The notes below the pieces were generated by a model. The model had not been told where the DNA came from and searched no databases. It saw only the letters and a list, made by a program, of their open reading frames with translations. A stretch of DNA of 64,000 nt, taken from contig CDRNVI010000030.1 of assembly GCA_977017575.1 (NCBI GenBank), positions 310,001-374,000 on the forward strand, read 5' to 3'. Source of the DNA: Paramoeba atlantica (taxonomy: Eukaryota; Protista; Discosea). A program made the position numbers and the translations under genes. Position 1 is the first letter of the stretch, and the number at the start of each line of letters is the position of its first letter. This document shows positions 55,900 to 64,000 of this stretch, one piece after another.

Positions 55900-57207
55900 C
55901 GTTGGAGCAGCAGTTGAAGATTCAATGTTGCCAGAATCCCAAATTAATTTGTAGATCCGCACATTAGCTTGCGGAGGAATATGGCCCGAAAAGCTCTCTT
56001 CTACCTTGTATCCGTGAATGCCGGTGTATTTTATAGCCAGCTTCCGCTTTGTGCCTCTTTTTTGGGTCGCTTGTACCACTCCGCTAGAAATATTGAGTCG
56101 TGGTGTTTGGTCAAAGCTCCACGCTACAATACATGAATCTCCGACCTTTGCCATGCGCAATTGCTCCCGTATAGTGTCCGGTGGAACGGGAAAGTGGACA
56201 TCAGGGCTTATGGTGGTCAGGAGCTTGTAAACTAAGTCATTTGTCTGCGAATTATCATGAAATGCGGCGGAGTCACGGAGTTGATACTCAGCATGTGTAC
56301 TTTCTGCTTCGATGGGCTCAGGAATCGGGGGTGGTGACGAACAGTCGTTAAACGACGCATTAGATTCCGTCTTATAATCATTCGCAACTACCGCGTCTTC
56401 CGAGGTAATGGGTTGCGCCGTCGCTGTCCGCTGTGACTGCTCGTCATTCGACTCTGTCGTCTCCTGGCTCTGAGTCCCGGGAAGTTCTGATTCCATTGAG
56501 CAGTTACTCTCCTCGCGTGCGACTAAGTTGAGTTTGGGTCGGCGTATATAATTGCGCAAAGAAACAACCGGCATGTTCGCGTCTGAAGGTGGAATGTTCA
56601 TTTTCATACGATTAGATCTCAAGAACTCAACATTTCCTTCAACGTCGTCGTCGAAAATTTTTTCCCGGTGAACGTCATAATACAATCCTTCGTGTGCTTC
56701 TGCGCTCTCACGGCATCGGTTGATTGCGGTAGCGTTTGATATATTTGATTCTCCATCGGGGCGGCTGCACTCTTTTGTTATGCTCGTCTTCTTTATTTGT
56801 GTCCTAGCTGGTGATTTTGTTCCTAAACACGACGCGTAGCTTTCCCTTTCGCAGGTGTTCGGAGAGTTTATTTTACCAAAGGTATTTATGGAATGCGGAG
56901 TTTCGTGTAGACTGCGCTCCTTCTGACCGTGCTCCTTATCTTTTCCTATGATGACGCGTATTCTCGGACGAGTGGGCTTTTCGTGGGGTGAGGGGGTACG
57001 TGGCGCTGAGCGCGAGTGCCGTGGAAGAGATGATGCTTGTGGCGAAAGGTCGTTCGTGGACAGCTGAGCTGTTGGAAGCGATAGTTCTTTTGGCTCTCTC
57101 GATGACTCTTTCGATGATTTCTTGCTTTTTCGCCTGGTGGGGGGAAGGGGAGCGACTTCCGGACTGACACCTAGAAGTTTCGCCGCGGCACGCGTCAGCA
57201 TACCCAT
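55900..57207 (-). mobile_element. N-terminal ORF fragment of CRE/SLACS-like family C
   Basis: Shares the KxGDxxxxAWSFD...GHIPP...DLDxEPMPTLR domain with 57608-58873. Confidence 0.6.
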
Positions 57208-57607
57208 GTTAAGTGAAAAATGTTAAGTGAAAAATCAACATGCAACACCTCTCTTCGCCACTCTCTTCGCCGCCCTCTTAACCGATTGTTAACCGATTGT
57301 TCTTCGACGCGCGAGGCGGCTTTCAGTTCGTCACGATTTTCAGTTTTAGAGCGCCATTTTGATAATTCAGCTCAGACTGAAAACAGTGCGACTGTCACCC
57401 CTGCAAAAAATCTCGAGCATTGTAGGCCCCCCCCGAAGACGAAATAACGACGGCTGCAGTACTACATGCACAAATTTTAGAAAAAGTGAAAAAGAGTTCA
57501 TCTTGCACAGCGAAGGTGTTGGAAAAGACAGCTTATAAAGGGAATAACGATTGGATCTTTTCTAATGTGCGTTTCGTGCCCTCTCAATTTTTCACTTTAG
57601 CATTAAT

Positions 57608-58810
57608 TTGTTGTTTCATTTGTTGTTTCTATTTTTACTCTTACTGAAAACGTGCGCAGTCGCGGCATCGGCACTCACAGCGGCAACAAATGCCATGTCA
57701 GGAGCAATTTTTAACACCGAAAACTCTCATCAACAAAACAATGCCACATACATACCAATACCCTCAAAAGGATGCTCTTTCAATGGCGAAGGATATGTCC
57801 ACGACGTGCACGCCTTTGACATATTTGCAGTAAATCCACTTCAAGGCGATCCGATCACGTTAAATATAGGCAAAAGTGCGACTCACTCCATATCACCCCA
57901 GAATACACCGGAGAATTGTCCAGGAGAGACTGCGATATCATCACCGGACCCCATTGCCTGCGAGTTTCTAGATTGCGAATCGCCAATAGATGAAGCTCAG
58001 TGTAACTATGATGAGGTAGCGCAATACCCAACAATTGACGAACCTTCACCAACCATTGACGACGAGCTGTTAGCGATTAACCCAGCGATCCAGTTTCCGA
58101 TTCCACCGGATGAAGTGTGCGAAATTTCACAAGATGCAAAACCTGGAGACAAATTCACAATAGCATGGAGTTTCGATTGCACATCCAACTTGAATGTGTC
58201 ACGCGGAACGGTGCGAAGCGTGCAGCGACGAGCACATAAACGAAAATTCAGAATCGAATACGAAGGAATTCAAGGCCACCAGGTAGGAAAAATTTTTACA
58301 GGCCACATTCCACCACACGTGAACGTACGAATTTTCAAGATAACATGGGACACGAAAGCAAATGAGAACCTACGCGAGAAGAGATCCAGCACCCCCAATA
58401 TGAAAATGGGTCCCACATATCATACCGAAGCTGATCTCGACCTTGAACCTATGCCGACGCTACGTTCAATCTCTCCGCAATTCGTTCCCTGCGTTGTTGC
58501 CATTTACCGGGATATACTCCGCGATTACGCCGAAAGCCTGTACCCGCAACGTAACAAGATTTGGAGCAAAATTCTGTCAACGATGAAACATTCACTTGCG
58601 ACGATACGGAAAGTCAGTGCTAAACGTCGCCGACGACGCCCCTTAACGCCCTCTCAGTCGCAAGACTTCGAGGAGAACCGGAACGTACAACAGGACAATC
58701 GCGCAATTAAGAAATCCACAAGTCTTGTTTTAGACGGCTGCGTCAAAAAAGCGTCCAGAGTAATAGAAGTTTACGATACGAAATTTAGGAGAGATTATTT
58801 TATGCTGCCT
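57608..58810 (+). mobile_element. N-terminal ORF fragment of CRE/SLACS-like family C
   Basis: Same domain, then NRAIKKSTSLVLDGCVKKASRVIE, like the pre-RT segment of family B (SVIKRVIELIRAGAFSRAAKILE). Confidence 0.65.
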
Positions 58811-58930
58811 CCTTCGGGGGGAACCATGTATTTGAATCTGAAAAGTAATCTACAGAATAACATGAGATACTAATATGAATAGGCCATTCTCCTTTTTTCA
58901 ACCTACACGATACCACAAGTTTTATATTTT

Positions 58931-59360
58931 ATGCCAAATATTGTCGACGCCGTACGCCGTTCTATATCACCGTCATCACGACCCGACAACCTGGCGACAC
59001 TTAGTGCGCGAAGACATACGCTCGATCCTGACCAGATTGCAGCCTTGCTTCGGAGCGGTGAGGGTGATGAGATCATGCCCAAGGAAGATTTGGACCAGTT
59101 TGAGAAAAAGATTCGCATTCTGTTGCGCAAAGGGCACAAGGTGCGGGTTACAGCGAAGTGGGGGGAACGGGATGAAATCGAAACGTATCAGGTAGTGGGG
59201 AGCGTGTCGTTCCGGTTTCCAGACGATCGTACCTCTGACGTTCTCTGTGCAGTGTGGGATGATGATCGGACAACGAAGTATCCATTACCGCACCCGAAAA
59301 TCAACTACTTTGAGTTGAGCATTACGGAGGTGCAAACAAAAATGGATGATGAAAACGAAA
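58931..59360 (+). mobile_element. VIPER-like gag N-terminal fragment
   Basis: LLRKGHKVRVTAKW...VVG...FPDD...AVWDDD...P.P.I.Y aligns with LLRKDYEVKVEAVW...VVG...YPND...AEWDGD...P.P.I.Y of 47443. Confidence 0.75.
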
Positions 59361-60440
59361 CGTACGATGGTTGCTTAACTTATACTTGGATACACGAGCA
59401 AGTGCTGAATATGGGGTATAAATGTTCGTTAAACAAAATAAGAACTATTTTGAAAAATATTGATTACGGTAGATGGGCTAAGTCGCCGAACTGTGACCTA
59501 ACTGAGGAACACAAGTCGCAGCGTTTGAGATTAGCAAAGGAATTGCTTACATGGCCTAAAGAAGATTTAAACAAAATCATTTGGATCGATGAAAAATTGT
59601 TTACCTGTGGGGTTCATGGGTCTCAGTTTTTCATTGGACCTAAAGGGTGCCAAAGAAAACTTCGCTGCAGAAACCGTAGGTGGTATGGGGGGAAGGGGGT
59701 AATGGCTTGGATGGGTATTAGTGTAGAACACGGATTTTTCTTGCACGTGTTTGAACCCAATGACAATACAACTTACGAAAATGCGCACAAGGTCACTGGG
59801 GGAGTGATCCTTGACTCCTTTCAGAAGCCTAATGGGTTTTTATATTATCTCACAGACCACGTCGACAATGTGACTGTGCAAATGGATAATGCTACCACCC
59901 ATAACTTGGCAAAAGGTGAATTGATAAAATATCGTATTAAACAATTGTCTTGGCCAGCGAATTCGCCTGATTTAAATCCAATAGAAAATGTTTGGAAACA
60001 AATGAACGGTATCATAAAGAAAAAAATTAAGCCCCACAATCATGCTACCCTCGCCGATGCCATTAAAAAAGCTTTTCAGATTCTAAAACGTCCTTAAGAA
60101 AAACGTAAAGTGTGCAACACAATTGATTCAGTCCCTAATAGACTTCAAAAAGTGTTGCAAAACAATGGAGGCCATTCCGGACACTAGTTCTTTTCCTTCA
60201 GAGTTAACTTTTGGACATAAAATCCGTTTTTTGCTCCATTTTTGATATGGTAAAAAAATGTCATTTTTTATTTTGGTCAACTTTCGGGTCACCCAGGGAG
60301 TACCCTGGGGTCTCTATGAAAAAAAGGCGGCAAAGCTCTTCGCTAGGGGAACGAGATCTCTCCAATGCTGCAAAGATGAGCAAAAATGGATAAAAAAAAT
60401 CAAAATTCCGAGGGGGGGGCAAGATCAACTGAAACCACTG
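59361..60440 (+). mobile_element. 3' part of a Tc1-like element (DD32E), with terminus
   Basis: IIWIDE; WMGIS; QMDNA...WPANSPDLNPIE; premature TAA at 60095; ends ...GAAACCACTG then TA. Confidence 0.88.
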
Positions 60441-60555
60441 TATAAAAGGGAAAATCATTACGAAAGATTGTGTTTTAGGATATTGTTTGGGTTTATTATT
60501 CTTTATCTAATGTGAATCTCGACGTTGATTTCCCTGGTTAGAATTAGCCGATTAG

Positions 60556-62117
60556 TTGCGTGTGCGAGACCTAATTCGTGATCTGCGAGCTGCCCCGGAA
60601 TTCGGATTACTCTTGAACTCGACCCCGATCCGTGAACGTCTCTTCAAGATTGTACAGGAGTGGGTCCAGGCTGCGCGAGTAGTGCCGTATTGGCGGGAAG
60701 AGCATTTCATCGAAGTAGTTCGGACTGCTATCGAAGAGTTGCGGAATAACTACTGGAGCGCCGTAGGAATTCCAGTTGAGCGTGTCCAACTGAAGCTTCA
60801 TAAAAATGATGACTCCATGGATGCGTATTCCAAGGCGGTGGCAGAAGAGAAATTACGCATCATGACGGTTTCAAAGTCGACGACGAGTCGCCAGGGGCTG
60901 CTGTGCTACCGTTGTCACAAGCCGGGGCACTTTCGTGCTAATTGCCCGCTGAATCAGCAAGCCTCTACTCGCACGGCTCCGGGTTTTCGTGGAGGAGTGA
61001 TGAGCGGCACTGCTGGTGCAAAGAGGGGCTTCTAGGGAATGCCCCCCCTCATATCGCTCGTGCCCAGCCGCTGAAGAAGCGGCGGGTCATATCTCCAGGT
61101 GTATCGAGGGTTTTGTTGCAGCGTTGTATTCCATCTTTCCGTGTTGCCACGATAAACTCAACCCGCAAGAGAGCTGCAGCGGTGCCTCGTCCAAAGCAAC
61201 TCTCGACCAAACGACAGGGCCCAAACCTATGTCCACTAAAGAAACCACGCGCCAACCTTACCGAACGCGAAAACCGCACTACAACCAACCAACAAGAGTT
61301 GGCATGTACAATCGTAAGGATACATCCGACGTCCCCGTTTGCGGCTCCACTCCAGCAGGCCATAAGCCCCATGTGGACAAACGCGACATGGAACACCCGA
61401 TCGCGCCTGTGGAACCGACTCGACCAGTTCTGCTCTCGAACTGGGGCCCGAATCGATCCCGTACAAGCAGTTTTATTCCTAAATCAAGTCGGACTCGCAC
61501 CATCTACGACCCTGAGTTACGCCAGAAGTCTGCAAATCTTTCAGTTAAGTCAGCAAGATCCAGTTCCCCTCAAACTCTACGCAAAAGCCTTGCAAGCAAG
61601 AGGAGCCCTGGAACCAACAAGACAAATGCAGCCCCTTACACCACGGCTACTCAACAACCTCAGGCAAAAGCTATCGACAAGCGACTCAATAGCCGTCTTG
61701 ATATGCTGGAAGGCAGCGGCTCGATGGACAGAAGTCGCCGAGCTCACAATGGAAAGGTTCGTAAAAATACGTCGGCGAGGTCATCGTTTACTGGGGTCGA
61801 AACACGAAAGCGACACGTCTAAACCCTTACCGACTATCAATGTGTACCACGATTCAGGGCGCACGAACACCGGAGATCGCCCAACATGTGCAACAGCTGA
61901 GGCTGGGACAAAAACTAACGAGCACAACAGCCCGCGAGATGGACGGGAAGATAAAGAGAATCTTGGGGCAGGGCTTCGGGACCCACTCGATCAAAAGGGG
62001 GGCCGTTACGCACCTGTTCACGCAGGTAGCGCGCGGGCACGTCGCATTGCCTTGGAACAGGCATTGTCCTTGGAACAGGCTCATCAACGAATCATCGGAT
62101 ATGTCAAAAATCACTGA
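60556..62117 (+). mobile_element. VIPER-like element E (gag C-terminus with CCHC plus YR)
   Basis: CYRCHKPGHFRANC; WKAAAR; HSIKRG; frameshift at ~61790. Confidence 0.88.
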
Positions 62118-62135
62118 AAATAAAGGTAATAATGA

Positions 62136-63172
62136 ATGGGTACTCTCCCACCACATTTGTTTCGTCTAATCCTCACGTCTAATCCCACCACATTTGTTTC
62201 GACTCGCCATTATGCCGAGATTAGGAATTGCGCACCCCGACCTTCCGTCTCATACCGTGTGCCCAGGATGCAAAACTCTTTTGAATGCCGACAACATGAT
62301 ACGACACGTTGCTGGATGCTCCAAATGTGCAGGCCTAAATGCAACAGTAAAACACAGCTTACTCGTCAATCACCTATACGAATTATGCACGAAAACAGGT
62401 ATCCCATGTGAGAAGGAACCACGTTCCTTTTCCACTCTCCGCTGCACGCAATGTGGTGAAACAGTGGACCCGAGCCACAAGCGTACACACGAAAAAACGT
62501 GCGGAGGAAAATCATTTTGCCGATCAGGACCCGACCTTGTGATTTACTAGGCAAGTGGTGAAATTTACTACGACCTGACGGTAATTCATGAGCTTGCACC
62601 ATCAAATCTTGCGACGAAATGCCCCCAACTTTTTCGTGAGGCAATCAAGCGGAAGAACGACACCTACGTCAAAAGCGGAAAAATAAATGAAGAGGCCTTT
62701 CGTTGCATACCAATTCTGTCAGGAGGTTCTATGCATTCAGACACGCAGGCGCTTTTGTCAGCACTTGCAGACGCAAGTGAACGTCCCCGTCAGGCCGTAA
62801 AATCAGAATTTCAATCAATACTACAGGAGTTGAATGGCGCGGTCGTTTATTCACAACTGCGCAAATTCCTGAAAAGAGACGCTCACGAGAACGAATGTGC
62901 TATATAATGACAAGAATAAAGGGAAAGAACATAAGTTTTTAGAAACCTTTTGTATTATTATAAACAATTTTGTATTACGGATATAAAGTATTCAAAAGAA
63001 TAAGATCAAATATATAGAATACCATTTTTGGGATAGTTTCTCTTCGAAAATTGAGAGAAGGGGGGAAGGTGAACATTTCTCATTATCATACATGACTTCC
63101 TGCTTCGAGAGCCTATAGGATTTCATAGGAGAAATGACTCCGAGATTTTTTTTCAAACACGCAAAAAAAAAA
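62136..63172 (+). mobile_element. 3' end of a CRE/SLACS-like element (CCHC plus RLE, 3' UTR, possible poly(A))
   Basis: CPGC...HVAGC...KH...EP...GPDLVIY*...YYDLTV...KRKNDTY; stop at 62905-62907; A10 at 63163-63172. Confidence 0.8.
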
Positions 63173-63202
63173 CGATAAAGATACAGTTTCTGTACCTTGT
63201 TG
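63171..63202 (+). other. Spliced-leader (mini-exon)-like sequence without the SL intron
   Basis: AACGATAAAGATACAGTTTCTGTACCTTGTTG contains GATACAGTTTCTGTAC (as in the recalled T. cruzi SL) and ends in TTG; followed by AATT, not a GT donor. Confidence 0.8.
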
Positions 63203-63244
63203 AATTATTTTCCTTTTCTTTACCCTAAGCCATTCTTTCTTTTC

Positions 63245-64000
63245 ATGGTACTGACACGTTCTAAGGAAAAGAAAGACTCAAACTTCGATCGCGAGGCGGA
63301 GGCACACAAGCTCGGCTCCTGGGATCAATTCGCTGCGAACAAAGACCTCATTGAAGGCGCAAGCACTTATGATGAGAACTTATACACGACGCCACTTCCA
63401 ACGGACCCTTCACCCGAATCTTTGCGACAGGCCGACGAAATCTCGATGATCATCGAAAGATCCATAGAAGGCGAAACACCTGACACTGGGCACCACCAGA
63501 CATGTACCGAAGAAGAACTTTTCTGTGGGGTGCAACCATCCGAGCATTCCGAATTTCAATTTTCCGGAGCGGATTCTCTCTCACCCAGCCAACAAAAATC
63601 CACAAACAAGGCTGTGAAAGAGAAGTTCGAGCGCCACGTTCGGACGTCCAACCGTAACGCGTACAATTGTGAAACCTAAAAGATGTTTTTTCCTGATCTT
63701 ACGCCTCGAGAGCTTAGCTTCTCTGTGTCCGGACATAATAAAGGTCGGAAAAAGAAGAAAAGTCCCAAGAAATCCTCCCACTTTCAAGCGAAACACGATT
63801 CGGCAAGCGATAGCAGCGATGGGGCAGCCACAGATACAGCAGTAGGCCAAGTCCCCTACTCCCCGGAAGGTAAGCGCAAACGCCACGATCAAAGCTCCCG
63901 AAGGGCCTCAACTCAACCAGTCTCGACAGAACGGTCACACATACAAAACAAGGTACGGGAATGCCCTGCTGAAGGCTGCACATGGAAGACCGAGCCACAC
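63245..64000 (+). mobile_element. 5' end of a family A CRE-like element: LsmAD domain ORF, in-frame TAA, then a Zn-finger ORF running off the window
   Basis: WDQFAANKDL...STYDENLYTTPL...ADEI...IE (LsmAD pattern); TAA AAG ATG at 63677-63685; ...RECPAEGCTWKT matches RECPAENCIWTT at ~37160. Confidence 0.75.

Noticed and set aside
42832-63679. Stop-codon reassignment suggested by repeated in-frame stops in TE ORFs
   Set aside because: The interrupting stops are of all three types, and intact host genes end normally (SmG ends in TGA); decay or recoding is the simpler explanation.
63245-63679. Ordinary host PBP1/ataxin-2 gene or simple retrogene
   Set aside because: No Lsm domain or long C-terminus; in frame with a retrotransposon Zn-finger ORF, and the same linkage is seen at 36660. 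Not fully excluded.
63581-63998. Minus-strand hydrophobic ORFs
   Set aside because: Antisense to the + strand retrotransposon ORF, which has independent homology support.

Overview
Eukaryotic, most likely kinetoplastid/euglenozoan DNA. The evidence is intronless host genes all on one strand, a spliced-leader-like sequence, and CRE/SLACS-like and VIPER-like retroelements; the organism cannot be named from sequence alone. About 2-24 kb is a minus-strand directional gene cluster: cytosolic-type and signal-peptide LRR genes, a 1752-aa low-complexity protein, SmG, and a VDAC-like porin followed by a 433-bp tandem array of its own 5' end. About 24-64 kb is a nested transposon graveyard containing pogo, Tc1, hAT and Merlin DNA transposons, MITEs, several RLE-type (CRE-like) and one RTE-like non-LTR retrotransposon, and several Gag-tyrosine recombinase-RT (VIPER-like) elements. 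Most notable observations: (1) a CRE-like retrotransposon family whose ORF starts with an LsmAD (Ataxin-2/PBP1-like) domain, one copy of which is headed directly by a spliced-leader-like exon that also abuts the possible poly(A) tail of a second CRE-like element; (2) VIPER-like elements with a conserved slippery heptamer at the end of gag and a -1 frame overprinted across the whole recombinase gene and leading into RT, plus an in-frame TAG-GGA-ATG gag/YR junction followed by a sequence-divergent but position-conserved hairpin; (3) a 2A-like motif between ORF1 and pol of a CRE-like element, visible only after removing an inserted pogo; (4) a twice-present ~300-nt structured element; (5) a GNA-triloop hairpin shared by unrelated DNA transposons. 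Caveat: several frameshifts fall in homopolymers and may be sequencing errors. All domain calls are by eye from motifs, not from database searches.
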